From: Octopus sinensis
Taxonomy: Eukaryota
DNA length: 64,000 nt
Direction: 5' to 3'
Assembly: GCF_006345805.1 (NCBI RefSeq)
Contig: NW_021833046.1
Coordinates: 1-64,000 of the forward strand
Part shown: positions 12,016-24,902 of the stretch, piece after piece
How the letters are laid out: every line of letters begins with the position of its first letter
Numbering within the stretch: the first letter of the stretch is position 1
The notes under the pieces: model-generated
Databases searched by the model: none
Seen by the model: only the letters and a program-made list of their open reading frames with translations
Told to the model about the DNA's origin: nothing
Made by a program: the position numbers and the translations under genes

Positions 12016-12058
12016 CCACTACAAATGTTTCATGTCTGCTCCGACAATCTTCAGGTGG
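12016..12058 (-). ncRNA. Type I hammerhead ribozyme motif in the downstream pLTR
   Basis: Minus strand CCAC-[CTGAAGA]-T TGTC ggagca GACA T-[GAAA]-C ATTT G-T-A|GTGG. Confidence 0.8.
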
Positions 12059-13255
12059 ATTTTCGATCTAAGAATAGCAATATTTTAAAATATCTTTTAA
12101 AGAAACTATATAGTTTTTTCTTATATACTTCTAGATTCCTTTTAGTACAATTCTTTGTAATTAGTAGAAGATCATCTCTATATAAACCACCCTCTATCTT
12201 AAGATTTTCTAATTGGAGTTCAGATAAAAGATAAATACCTACTAAATCAGTAGCTTGTGCAGAATCTGGTGCTCCCATAGGTATATCAAAACAATCCCTA
12301 GTATCATTCCTAGCCCATAATTTATTTTTATATTAATGAGCGATTTCCTAGCCATTTTAATTACATTAACTTCTTCACACGTGACATTCCCACTTTATTC
12401 ATTGCGAAAATAAGTGCTTTATTAAACACAATTTCATTAATAGAAGAATAATAATATCTATATCTATTTGAATAAATTTAAAACGATTTTTATCTTTAAT
12501 ATTATTAAACCATCTCAATGTATTGTTATTACTAAACCATAATTTTAAATAATTAAGTTTATTTAATTTATTGATATATTTATCTAAAATAAATTTACTT
12601 AATTTACCTAAGTCAGATTTACATGGGCAAATTAATCTAACTTTAGGGTCTGAATAAAAATTATCTTTATGGTCTTTAAGAGTAATTCTGGGGTTCAAAG
12701 GTACATATGGTTCAGTTTTATTATCCAATTCATATTTTAACATTACTAATTTAGAGGCCTTATTAATATTATAAAGTATATCATCTGGAACAATTTTATA
12801 TTTTTTATTATTCTTTCCCTAAAATTTATCATATAAATTAACATCTAATTTATATAAATTCCTAGTTTTATATCAGATTGTACTATAATACCATCCATAT
12901 TTCTCATATCTTTAATTTTAATTGCTAGGTTTCTTAAATATTCATTATTTCTATTTGGGTATTTATAGAATTCAATATTTTTTACTACCTTCCATATATT
13001 ATCTTCTAGTAATTGTAATTCTTTATTAAATGGAGGTTCCTTTCTAGATTTAAATTTAGAGGTAAAATTATCATTCCTACTATCATTATCATTAAAAAAA
13101 TAAAAATTATAGTAATAAGCTTTCCATTTAATTCTAGAAATAAAATCTTTAACATTATTAATAAGTTTCAAAATAAATTCCTTTCTAGAAGGTATAGGAA
13201 TATCTTTCAAAGATGAATCCCAAAACAGTGGTTCTATCTTACCTGTAAATTCCAT
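12051..13255 (-). pseudogene. PLE reverse transcriptase, frameshifted, truncated shortly after YRDD (no thumb or GIY-YIG)
   Basis: KDIPIPSRKEFILKLI...RIKWKAY; ITLKDHKDNF...RLICPCKSDLGKLSK...WFNNI; FDIPMGAPDSAQATDLVGIYLL...GLYRDD. Confidence 0.88.
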
Positions 13256-13487
13256 AATTACGAAATTGAGGTATTACACTCAATATACAAAATTATCAAT
13301 ATATTAAATAATAATAAATATTAGGGAATGAATCCAAAATTACAGGGAAAAATCAGATTTAGGGTTAAATCCAATTTTATAGTAAAATATTATATAATAT
13401 AATTCGAGACAAAACCACTATTTTAAAACCAAACAAGGAAAGACTTAATCAATACATAAAATTTTAATATAAATTAAATAAACACCG

Positions 13488-13530
13488 CCACTACAAATGT
13501 TTCATGTCTGCTCCGACAATCTTCAGGTGG
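13488..13530 (-). ncRNA. Type I hammerhead ribozyme motif in the upstream pLTR
   Basis: Identical in sequence to the 12016-12058 motif. Confidence 0.8.
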
Positions 13531-14138
13531 ATTTTCGATCTAAGAATAGCAATATTTTAAAATATAATTAAAATAATTTAAAATAATAAAACAATAAAAT
13601 TATCAATGAAAGAATAAAAATAAATCTATATATAATCTATATAATATATATAATCAACATATAATCTAAAATAATCTAAAATAAACCCTATAAACAATTG
13701 AATATAAAAACCTATTATAAAATTTCTCATATTTAAAAATGTACAAAAACCAAAAAAACACAAGCAAAAAACAAAAACCAAAACCTAAAAACAAAAAACA
13801 AAAAACAAAAATAAACTATATATACACACACATGCTCATACACTCAACACATTACTATTCATACTTCCTCACACACATACAACACTCAATTCATAAACCA
13901 ATATACATATACCCGCTCACACATACATATACATACACATACATACAGAACACGATATATACCAATATATAAACACCCACACCCATACAGATAAATAAAT
14001 TACGCAAACAATCACACACACACACACACATTTTCACACATACATAAACACTCAAAAGAAAACCGAACAATTCTTAGCACGTGGATATCAAACATTTATA
14101 TATATATATACATATATACATATATATATACTCACACA

Positions 14139-14361
14139 CCGTAATCCCTCGCTATATCGCAGTTTACCTATTGCGATTTATTATTTAAACTTACGTCGAT
14201 TTCCCTGTGGTTTTGTTTTACATTTATGATAAAATAAATATATAAAATTCTAAAAATAATTTTTAAAAACAACATACAGTATAGTACTGTTCTACTTTGC
14301 GGATATTCACCTGTCGCGGGATGTTTGGAGCGTAACACCTGCGGTAGTCGAGAGATTACTG
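14139..14361. mobile_element. pogo/Tigger-like MITE
   Basis: Termini CCGTAATCCCTCGCTATATCGC and GCGGTAGTCGAGAGATTACTG resemble Tigger-type CAGTAATCCCTCG TIRs. Confidence 0.6.
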
Positions 14362-14363
14362 GG

Positions 14364-14387
<24 letters not shown>

Positions 14388-14394
<7 letters not shown>

Positions 14395-14697
14395 TTAGGC
14401 TATCTAAGAGATACCGTCATGCTGAAAATAGCAGCCAAGATCTGACTCTAAAACCACATTAAATGCCCATACAGCACAAGGAGAGAAGACAAAAAGACAA
14501 AATAAAACTAGTCATTTTTTACTATGGGCATTTAATGTGGTTTTAGAGTCAGATCTTGGCTGCTATTTTCAGCATAGCGGTATCTCTTAGATACTCTAAA
14601 TTATAATTTTAATAATAATTATTACCTTTGAAGGTTTTTATTTCCATGCTGGCCACTTGGTAAGATCGTTATTTAATTTAGATTAGCGATCGTGTCC

Positions 14698-14700
<3 letters not shown>
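14388..14700. mobile_element. Fold-back element, about 84-bp arms (14388-14471, 14523-14606) plus tail; probable PLE-type inverted terminus
   Basis: Arms about 95% complementary; same family at 30580-30901; tail remnants at about 55745-55810 and 56490-56538. Confidence 0.6.
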
Positions 14701-14747
<47 letters not shown>

Positions 14748-14750
14748 ATG

Positions 14751-14788
<38 letters not shown>

Positions 14789-14789
14789 A

Positions 14790-14965
14790 TTGACAACCGA
14801 TGCTGGTGTGTTTACGTCCCCGTCACCTAGCGGTTCGGCAAAAGACACCGATAGACTAAGTACTAGGCTTACAAAGAATAAGTCCCGGGGTCGATTTGCT
14901 CGACTAAAGGCGGTGCTCCAGCATGTCCGCAGTCAAATGACTGAAACGAGTAAAAGAGTAAAAGA
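14790..14965 (+). mobile_element. SINE family A, 3' half
   Basis: TTGACAACCGATGCTGGTG...GACTGAAACGAGTAAAAGAG. Confidence 0.8.
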
Positions 14966-16946
14966 TATATATATCTAAGACCACCTTCGGTTATGAATGA
15001 CCATGGGATTGCACCTAGAAAATTCCCCTCCGGGGCACAAGTCCGGCAGTCGCCTCTGCATACCTACCTTCCCTTTCCACGCCACCCATGTTGTTCAAAA
15101 GGAAAAGTAAAAGAAAACAGGGCCTCGCACCAGAGACGTCACAACTCATTTCTATAACACAGTGAACTGGAGCAACGTGAAATAAAGTGTGTTGCTCAAG
15201 AACACAACACAGCTTGGTCCAGGACTCGAACTCACAACCTCACGATTGTAAATTCGACGCTCTAACCACCGAGCGATGCCCCTCCACACAGAAGTGTGTG
15301 TGTGTGTGTGTGTACGTACGTATACAGGCATACTTCAACTTCAATCAGTAATTGACTCCAAGACATTCGACCTAGCTCGAAAAACACATTTTAAAAACTT
15401 TATTAGCGAGTATCATTTTAAAATGCTTTGAACATCGGTTTTTGACAAGTATTTCGTTTGATCCCTCTCGACTGTAGAGATTTTTAGATTCTTCTTTTAA
15501 AAAAAAAATTAAGTTTTTAAATACGTTACACGTAAAGTCGAATAAATCGACTGAAATTGCGATTCACTTTTATTTTCATTAATTTCTTAAAAGAAAACAA
15601 TAAGATGTGAAGTCGGAAAAGACGTAACTCGAAAGAATGTAAGTTGAGATATTTCTATAAATGCTGCAAATTGCAAAGAAATAAAATAAAACTTGCTCCA
15701 GAAGAGAAAAAAAAAACCATCTGAGCCTTCACGCTGTACAGAAGATGCAAGGGAGATAACTTCCACTGGCTGTCGACTTTAGAAAGTCAAGACGTGATAT
15801 TTGAGGGAGAAAGAAAGGCATCTGTATATAAAGTGACGAACGATGTTTAGCTTAAAGAAAATAGAGAAATGAGGGTTCCCAGACCCCGGTCGAACCGTCC
15901 AACGCATGCTAGCATGGAAAACAGACGTTAAACGATGATGATGATGATGTCTGTAAGTGTATAATTAAGTTTATTTTGAGGTATCTGTGACTATGATTAT
16001 ATATGTATGTGCATTATATAAGTATAATTGCATGTGTATATGTCTATGTGAATGTATATGTTATAAGGATGTACATCTGTCGATATTGGCTCACTTTCTC
16101 TGTCTTGTCTGTCAGTATGTCTCTCTTTCTCTCTCTCTCTCTCTATCTCCACACACACACGCTCTCTCTCTCTCACACACACACACTGTTATCTGCAACA
16201 TATCTCCTCGGCCCATTCTTTATTCAGCCTATTAATTGTTAGTTGTCAATCTGGCTAGGATCCTTATGTAGAATAATTTTTACGACCCTCATAATCGCAT
16301 TATTTTTTCTTTCCTTTTCTCATTATTTTGAATTCTATCTTCGCTGTGAGCAGAGATTAATCTTCTCTCTTCACTCCTTTGCGCCACATGGGCTCAACTC
16401 TCCTCCCCTCTTCATCTACCCTCCCTTTCTCTCCCCTCTTCCTCTCACACTTACTTCCTACCACCCACCTCTCCTCTCTTGCTCTCACACCTACTTCCTC
16501 TTTTCACTCCTACCCACTTTCTCCCTTCATTGTCACCGCCTCCCTCATTACCCCACCCCTCCATCAACCCCACCCTTACACATTCCGACACTACCATCCC
16601 TATACTTCCCATCACACCCCTACACCATCCCTTAAACTCCACCCATGCTTCCCCAATCCCCAACACCACCACACCATACCAGACACCACCACATCACACA
16701 CCACCATACCACACCACACCACACCATTACGCAGACATTAGCACTGACAACTTCCCAGCACCTACACCATTATCCACACACCTACACATGCACATGTACA
16801 CATCAAGGTCACCAGCTCCCTTCCACATGCACATACATGCTCTCACATACACACGCATGTGCACCTTTGTTTTGGGATCACCACTTTATTATTTCCCCTT
16901 CTTCCTAACTCTCCTGTGTGACCCATCTGTCTGGCATTCACCATGA

Positions 16947-17110
16947 CAGATCGCTAGCTACTAAACCTTTTTTTTGTTTTCCCTGTGTTCCTTTCTGTCA
17001 AAGGGTGTACACTCAGAATATAAAAGACTTTTTCCATTCCCGAGCATTAAACTAATATATCTGTTTGTTGTTTACACACTCGTCTTCGTCTTTTGTTTAT
17101 TTGTAAATTG
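16947..17110 (+). mobile_element. Short (about 165 bp) PLE-like non-autonomous repeat; second copy at 44838-45008 (-)
   Basis: Shared TTTCTGT..AAG.GTGTA..CT.GAA...AAAAGACTT...CGAGC.TTA.ACTAATA.ATCTGTTTGTT...GTCTTCGTCTTTTG; ends at (TA)n. Confidence 0.6.
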
Positions 17111-17146
17111 TATATATATATATAATATATATATATATTATATATA

Positions 17147-17184
<38 letters not shown>

Positions 17185-17419
17185 ATATATATATACATGT
17201 ATATATATATATACATATATATGCCTCGTCTGGCACCTGTGTCGGTGGCACATAAAATCACCCACTACACTCTCAGAGTGGTTGGCATTAGGAAGGGCAT
17301 CCAGCTGTAGAAACACTGCCAGATCTGACTGGCCTGGTGCAGCCTTCGGGCTCCCCAGACCCCAGTTGAACCGTCCTACCCACGCTAGCATGGAAAGCGG
17401 ACGTTAAACGATGATGATG

Positions 17420-17454
17420 ATATATATGTATATATATATATGTATATATATATG

Positions 17455-17507
<53 letters not shown>

Positions 17508-17555
17508 ATATTATATATATATATATATCATATATATATATATACATATATATAT

Positions 17556-17614
<59 letters not shown>

Positions 17615-17619
17615 CATAC

Positions 17620-17651
<32 letters not shown>

Positions 17652-17707
17652 TATACATACATATATATATATATATACATATATATTATATATATATATA
17701 TTATATA

Positions 17708-17751
<44 letters not shown>

Positions 17752-17755
17752 TATA
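17420..17755. repeat. (TA)n/(TACA)n microsatellite tract (one of many)
   Basis: Low-complexity TA tract; similar tracts at 6176-6238, 11710-11845, 24290-24370 and 28505-28700. Confidence 0.95.
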
Positions 17756-18090
17756 GTGAGAACTTACAAAAAAACAACTGAAGATACATATCTATATGCA
17801 CTCACACACACATATAATTTATATGTATCTATGTATGTGTGATGGGGTATTATGTGTGTCCACATGCAAACACTCAAATACAACATTCATATACACACAC
17901 AAAAACACACTCAGACTCACCTACATGCACATGCACACATGCACCCCCCCCACACACACACACACATGCTGTTACTAATCGCATTCATTGGACTATGACC
18001 GTACTGGAACCTAATATTCTAGGTTATAGTCAGTTGCATCAGCCCCAGTATTTTATCAACATCACACACAAAATTTCAAAAATTTTATAT

Positions 18091-18480
18091 AGGAGTGGCT
18101 GTGTGGTAAGTAGCTTGCTAACCAACCACATGGTTCCGGGTTCAGTCCCACTGCGTGGCACCTTGGGCAAGTGTCTTCTGCTATCGCCCCGGGCCGACCA
18201 ATGCCTTGTGAGTGGATTTGGTAGACGGAAACTGAAAGAAGCCTGTCGTATATATGTATATATATATATGTGTGTGTCTGTGTTTGTCCCCCTAGCATTG
18301 CTTGACAACCGATGCTGGTGTGTTGTCTCCGTTACTTAGCGGTTCGGCAAAAGAGACCGATAGAATAAGTACTGGGCTTACAAAAGAATAAGTCCCGGGG
18401 TCGAGTTGCTCGATTAAAGGCGGTGCTCCAGCATGGCCGCAGTCAGATGACTGAAACAAGTAAAAGAGTAAAGTAAAGAG
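18091..18480 (+). mobile_element. tRNA-derived SINE family A, full length (Octopus OK/OR-like)
   Basis: A-box TGGCTGTGTGG, B-box GGTTCAGTCCC, CORE-like CCTTGGGCAAGTGTCTT, internal (TA/TG)n, tail (AAAAGAGT)n. Other copies: 28093-28503 (-), 40745-41140 (+), 46123-46535 (+), 47574-48007 (-), 54384-54535 (+), 60978-61378 (-). Confidence 0.85.
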
Positions 18481-19039
18481 TTAAATAAAATGAAGGCCAA
18501 AGGCTTTCAGAGTGAGGGTGGTGGTGGTGGTGGTGGTGGGAGTAATTCAGACGCAAAACGTAGGAAAGGGACAAAGCCAAACACCTCTTTGCATTTTGTC
18601 CAATGTTCTACCAAGTCTGCATTCCACCAAACTCTAAAAGTAAAACAATAAGAAATCAATTCTAAAGAGGTAGATAATCAATAAGATATATTGGCAGAGG
18701 TATGGGTGAGTTGGCAGACGTGGTATACTATCAAACTAAATACCTTTCAAGATTTGGTTTCCAATGCAGGGACTGGATTGGCAGAGTTGTTCTTCAGCGA
18801 TGGTTTTTTCGGTTATATATACACTTTCCCTCTGTGTTTGTGTGTCTCCCTCTTTTCCATATATGTATGTATGTAAGTATGTATGTATGTATGTATGTAA
18901 GTATGTATGTATGTATTTATGTATTTGTGTATGTGTGATTGTATGTATATATGTACATGTCTATATATGTGTGTGTATATATATATATAGAAAACAGATG
19001 GACGATGATGATATATTTTTCTATCATTCTATCACTTCC

Positions 19040-19117
19040 TTTATCTATCTATCTATTTATTCACTCTCTCTCTCTCACTCTCTCTCTCTCTATATATATA
19101 TATATCTGTTTATCTCA

Positions 19118-19195
<78 letters not shown>

Positions 19196-19225
19196 CTATC
19201 TATCTATCTATCTATCTATCTGTCT

Positions 19226-19256
<31 letters not shown>

Positions 19257-19460
19257 TTCTCTCTCTCTCTATATATATATATATCACTATCTACCTACCT
19301 ATCGATCTGTCTGTCCGTCTGTCTTTCTGTTAGCCTTTCTACCTATCTACCTTCTTACTTACCAAACAACCTACCTACTTTCTACCTACCCACGTACCTA
19401 TTCTACTTTCTTTTCTCTTCCTCTCCCTCTTCTCTCTGTCTGTCTGCCTGCCTGCCTGTC
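19040..19460. repeat. (TCTA)n/(TCTG)n/(TC)n compound microsatellite
   Basis: Directly visible tetranucleotide arrays. Confidence 0.9.
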
Positions 19461-20544
19461 TGTCTCTTCCTCCCCCCTCCCTCTGTTAAATTGCATGATC
19501 AATGTCATCTCGCGGAAAACTGGTCTACATTTGATATCATCTCTCTTGAATCATCCAGAAAGGGAAAAGAAGAGAGACAGAGTGCAAGGCAAGGAGAGCA
19601 AGAAAGAGAGAGAGAAGAGAGAGAGAGACTGGGACTGAGAAGAAGGGAGTGAGAGAGAAGGAGGATGGTACAGAGAGTAATTTGTAACGTATGAGTGTAT
19701 GTATATGTGTGTGTGCTTGTGTGTGCATGTGTCTATGTGTATGTATGTGAGTGTGTGCATGTGTATGTATGAGTGTACATGTGTATGTATATGTGTACAT
19801 GTTTGTATATGTGTATGTATGCATGTGTGTGTGTGTGTGTGTGTGGGTAATAGTTCCTCTTTATACACAAAGACTTTCTATTTAGAACAACGAAATGGCT
19901 GCACCTTCAATCTCATAATTAAAAAAAATTTTCATTATTTTAAATTAATTGTTTTTTGTTTTGTAGATATTTACTGCTGTGTGTTCCTATTGAACTTTTT
20001 GTTTTAAGGATTTGTTTCTTTCTTCTTTCAGTCACTGGATTGCTGCCATACTGGAGCATACTGGAGCCTTTAAAACCCTTTTACATATAAACTAGCCGTA
20101 GAATACTGCCTGTTCCAACGGGATTATTAATCCTGTAATGATGATCTTACACCAATGTCCAGTTATGTCCATACACGCACACACACACACACATACTCGT
20201 ATGCACATACACACATACACACACATATATCTGCACACACACACATATGCATGCACAGCCACACATGCACACACACATACATACATGCACACACATACAT
20301 ACATACATGCACACACATACATACACATATGCACACACACATGCATGCATGCACGTATGTACAATGTATGCACACACATACATGCATGCACCAACACACA
20401 CGCACATACGCACATATGCGTGCATGCACACATGCATAAATGTAATTAAACTTTATTCTTAAAGCATCACAGAATCTGCAAAAAATTCATCCTTTGTTAT
20501 TGAGAGTACCATTACTGCCACAGCACCATCATTGTGTTCCTCAT

Positions 20545-20547
20545 CAG

Positions 20548-20585
<38 letters not shown>

Positions 20586-20945
20586 CTCCTATCATCATTA
20601 TGATCAACAACATCATTATCATCATCATGGCCATCATCATTGTTGTCATTATCATCTCCATCGTCGTCGTCATCATCATCATCGTCATCGCTATTCTTAT
20701 TGCCATTGTCATCTTCATCTTCATCCTCATCATATTCATCATCATCACCAATGCCGTCATCGTTGTCATCAGCATCATCATCGACATTATCATCATTGTC
20801 ATCTTTATTCGTTGTCCTTGTCATCTTCCTCCACATCATTATCACCATCGGCTTCATGGTTATCATTGTTGTTGCTGTCATCACAATCGTCACTATCATT
20901 GCTGTTGTCATCATCATTGCCAATGTCATCGTCTTTGTCCTCATC
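20545..20945. repeat. Degenerate (CAT)n trinucleotide microsatellite
   Basis: CATCAT arrays that generate the poly-H/I/S/D/M pseudo-ORFs; similar tract at 49960-50245. Confidence 0.9.
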
Positions 20946-21056
20946 GTACGCACAACTTACTCAGATACTCAACTGTTACAGAAATCTCAGCCTTTACTTT
21001 GAACCTAAACAAATTCATTGCTCTTCAATAGATTTGGAACAATGTGCTAATTGTGG

Positions 21057-21360
21057 AGGCGCAATGGCCCAGTGGTTAGGGCAGCGGACTCGCGGTCAGA
21101 GGATCACAGTTTTGATTCTCAGACTGGGCATTGTATGTGTTTATTGAGCGAAAACACCTAAAACTCCACGAGGCTCCGGCAGGGGGTGGTGGCGACCCCT
21201 GTTGTACTCTTTTGCCCCAACTTTCTCTCACTCTTTCTTCCTGTTTCTTGAGTAACGTTGCGATGGACTGGCATCCCGTCCAGCTGGGGGGGAACATATA
21301 CGCCACAGAAACCGGGAAACCGGGCCCATGAGCTTAGCTAGGCTTGAAAAGGGCACATAA
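21057..21360 (+). mobile_element. tRNA-derived SINE family C; 3' part repeated at 53255-53465 (-)
   Basis: A-box TGGCCCAGTGG, B-box-like GTTTTGATTCTC; shared 3' GATGGACTGGCATCCCGTCC with family D. Confidence 0.7.
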
Positions 21361-21497
21361 AAGGGAAAAAAATGTGCAAAACTGCAAACAAACACAGAAA
21401 AAATTTGGATAGTTGTTGATAGAAAGACCTTCATTCACAAACATTGTTTTGAATATTTCCTTCCCTCCATCAAGATTTATTTTCTGTCTGTGTATGC

Positions 21498-21532
<35 letters not shown>

Positions 21533-22675
21533 GGCTGAACAGTCATATGAAAACATTCAAACCATTCACAGTATCCCTTTCCTCCATGATAAACCTTCAT
21601 TCACCAACATTTTTTTTCTATATTTTCTTCCCTTTATCAAGATATATTTTCTTTTTCTGTCTCTCTCTCTTAACACAGTGGTCTTTGCCTCCCTAGTCTC
21701 ATTGATTTCTTCCAGGTCCTCAGCTGAGACCTGCATTCTGCATTTCATCTCCCCACCTTCCAGCATTCATCCTCACCACAGGGTATTAAACTCTTTCCCT
21801 CAGCCCTCTTCCCCAACACTCTAACTGCATTCCACTTGAACTTCTCTTCCGCGTGTTTTGCTGCTATATCGCTAAAGCTTAAAGATTTCAAATTAAACAT
21901 GAAATTAACCAGAAGGGCTTCACCTAATTAAGAGCAATAAATTTCCTACTTAGACTAATTGATTAATTCACCTGTCTGTGCATGCCACCTTCTTCCTTCC
22001 TCCTGAAATACAAGGTAAAACTGCAATTTTGTTTTGTTTTCTTTTCTTTTCCTTTCCTTTTTGTAGTTTACTTTGTACCTTTTCATATTGTTCCACCCTT
22101 TCACAATAAATCTCTTTAAATAAATAACACAACTAACATTGAAGTCACAGAAGAAGGATCCTTATGCAAATAAGATGCCAGAAAATGCTTTTTCAAATCT
22201 GGTCCTGGCAATTGTTTCATGTCGTTGTGTAGAATATTTAATTCAAAATTGCTTCCCTTAATTACTTTAGCATTGATGAATAGGTCTGAGAAAATCTGGG
22301 AATATTGCTATCCATAAATTGGGGCTCCATTATGAGGGAGATATTTTCTTATCTTCATGCTCCCAGACTAGAACTAAGAATAATAAGAGAAAGTTTTGAA
22401 GCACCGTCCCCTGACTTAGAGGCCTGGAAGAGATTCATATTAATTAATTTTTGATATATGCTGATTGGTGCAGGCCTGGCTGTTTCGTAAAGAAGCTAAC
22501 TTTACAACCCCATGGTTTAATGTTCATTCCCACTGAATGGCACCTTGGACAAGTGTCTTCTACTATAGCTGCTCAATGCCTTGTGAATGAATTTAGTAGA
22601 CAAACTCTGCATATGTAAGCATGCATGTGTGTGTGTGCATATATATGCATTTGTGTATGTGTGTATGTATGTATC

Positions 22676-22734
<59 letters not shown>

Positions 22735-23239
22735 CATACACATATACACAAAGTAAAAAGCACTATTCGAGTGTAGTCGATGCCAGTTCCGCCTGACTAG
22801 CTCCCATGCTGGTGGCACATAAAAAGGACCATCCAAGTGTGGTCGATGCGAGTACTGTCTGACTGGCCCTCATGCTGGTGGCATGTAAAAAGCACCCACT
22901 ACACTCTCAGAGTGTTTGGCATTAAGAAAGGGCATCCAGCAGTAGAAACTTTGCCAGATCAGATTGGAGCCTGGTACAACCTTCTGGCTTGTCAGCCCTC
23001 AGTCAAACCATCCAACCCATGCCAGCATGGAAAGCGGACATTAAATGATGATGATGATGATGACGATGATGATGATGATGATGAAGGTGTGTCTGGTTTT
23101 TGAGGCCATTTGTTTGAATTTAGAAAAAGACACATGGCTCATCAAAGAAAAGCTGTATTTGAAAACAAATTGATAAAAATAGTCTTGAGAATGTTTTCAT
23201 CACACCTATTCAATGGATCTACCATTACCATCAATCAGT

Positions 23240-24283
23240 ATAGGGTCGGAAGTGTTGACATGCCCAAATCAGATTATCTTTATCAATTTTGGACATAGTG
23301 CTAGTTATAGTAGACTTGACAGATTGCATAGTGTTAAGGGGTTGTTGAATGACCTCTCTCCTGACTATGCCCTATATGTAATAGTACAGTAGATTGAGGT
23401 CTGGTGAGCTAGGTGATCATGTGTCTAGGAGAACATGATCATGGAAACTGGCACACATCCACATTTGGGTTGTCCGAGCCTTATGAAATGGTGCAAAGTC
23501 TTGTTGGAGGATGTACATTTTTCATTACATACTCTATCCATCCAGGGCCAAACAAGTTTTTCCAACTCCTCTGTGTAAATTGCAGTATTGATTCTTAAGC
23601 CTTGTGAAAAAAAGTGAGGAGGCATAACATCTCCTTTATTGCTGAAGACTCCCAGACCCATTACTGCTGCTGGGATCTTAGTATTCATGACCATTGGAAC
23701 CTTATTTGGGTTTCTGTATAACCACCTGTCATTCCTTGGGTTTCTGTATAACCACCTGTCATTACTTTTCAATCTTGATCAGCTTTTCCCATTAGCGAAA
23801 ACCCAAAGGATTCTACCTCTTAGTGTTTTAGCTTGTTTAGCAAACTCTTTGCTAAAATGAGTCTCTCTTGTCACATCCATCATAAACTGACCCCTCCACA
23901 TTACATACGAATTGTACTGGATATTTTCATGAACAACATTTCTGGTGGTGCATTCTGAAACCTTGAGATCTTTTGCAATGGCTCTGATTGACTTTCTGAG
24001 GTTTTTATTGATTATTTCTTGTATTTTTTGTACAAATTTATGTGTTCTGATAGTATTAGGACCCTGTGCATGTATTTGCATTTAGCTGCTTCCAGCTCCT
24101 TTTGAACTTTGACAACAAAGGATCAGACAACTTTCAGGAAGCAAGTTATCTCTGCTTCACTGTGCTGTACTTTTAAGTTGACAATTACTGCATACCTTTC
24201 TATTTGCTGAGTCAATATTTTATCTGACATTATTTATCTGAAAAGTAAGATAAGAAAGTGATGTCCTCAAAAAAACTGAAGCC

Positions 24284-24290
<7 letters not shown>
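23240..24290 (-). mobile_element. Degenerate maT (DD37D) transposon remnant with a 30-bp internal tandem duplication (23706-23765)
   Basis: KSIRAIAKDLKVSECTTRNVVHENI and NTKIPAAVMGLGVFSNKGDVMPPHFF motifs; ends approximate. Confidence 0.75.
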
Positions 24291-24369
<79 letters not shown>

Positions 24370-24372
<3 letters not shown>

Positions 24373-24900
24373 GTGAAATAGAAAGATGAATAATCTTGTT
24401 GCAGATTAATCAAAAGTTTAACCGATACCTTGGTAGCAAAAATCACAGCAGAAGACAGCACGGTTGGAGGTACAACCATATGGTGTTGCAACCGTGTTGT
24501 TGGTGCGGATAATTGAATTTTAATATTTTTAGTGAATTGAAGAAATGGAGTTGAACGAAGATTGAACAGAAATCGTTTTATTTCATTCTACACGTGTTTC
24601 GAAAGGCACAATTTACCAAATTCCGATTGAATAATGAGACCATATTGTGTCTTTCTCTTCAGGAAGAAATAGGAAATCCGTTGGAAAAAACAAAAACAGA
24701 ACAGAGGTGGAGCAAAACAAATCGAACTAGGCTCCTAAGAGCCCATGGCCAAACTGTCCTCCTAGGTCTCTTACAACCACAGGTTCCATCCAATTTGAGT
24801 GTACTATACTTCCTTATATAGCTGTCATCACACTCCCATACAGAAACTGTCTTCTCTCTTGCACACTACATCTGATTTCTCTTATAACTAACTTTATTTT
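24370..24900 (-). mobile_element. Orphan PLE-like terminal repeat carrying a hammerhead
   Basis: Bounded by (TA)n and a CR1 tail; contains the ribozyme motif at 24579-24671. Boundaries approximate. Confidence 0.5.
24579..24671 (-). ncRNA. Type I hammerhead ribozyme motif with long helix II
   Basis: Minus strand TATTTCTTC-[CTGAAGA]-GAAAGACACAAT...(31-nt loop)...ATTGTGCCTTTC-[GAAA]-C ACGT G-T-A|GAATGAAATA; helix II 11/12 bp; perfect palindrome ACACGTGT in helix III. Confidence 0.82.
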
Positions 24901-24902
24901 AA

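Larger units (their letters stand above)
11846..14095 (-). mobile_element. Penelope-like retroelement with two direct pseudo-LTRs (about 11846-12093 and 13309-13565), internally deleted
   Basis: About 250-bp near-identical direct repeats flank RT-coding ORFs; both repeats contain a hammerhead motif; flanked by (TA)n. Confidence 0.85.

Noticed and set aside
16243-21150. Many long ORFs (poly-YI, HT, H, D, S, M; up to 237 aa)
   Set aside because: They are translations of (TA)n, (CA)n, (TCTA)n and (CAT)n microsatellites with no codon or domain signal.
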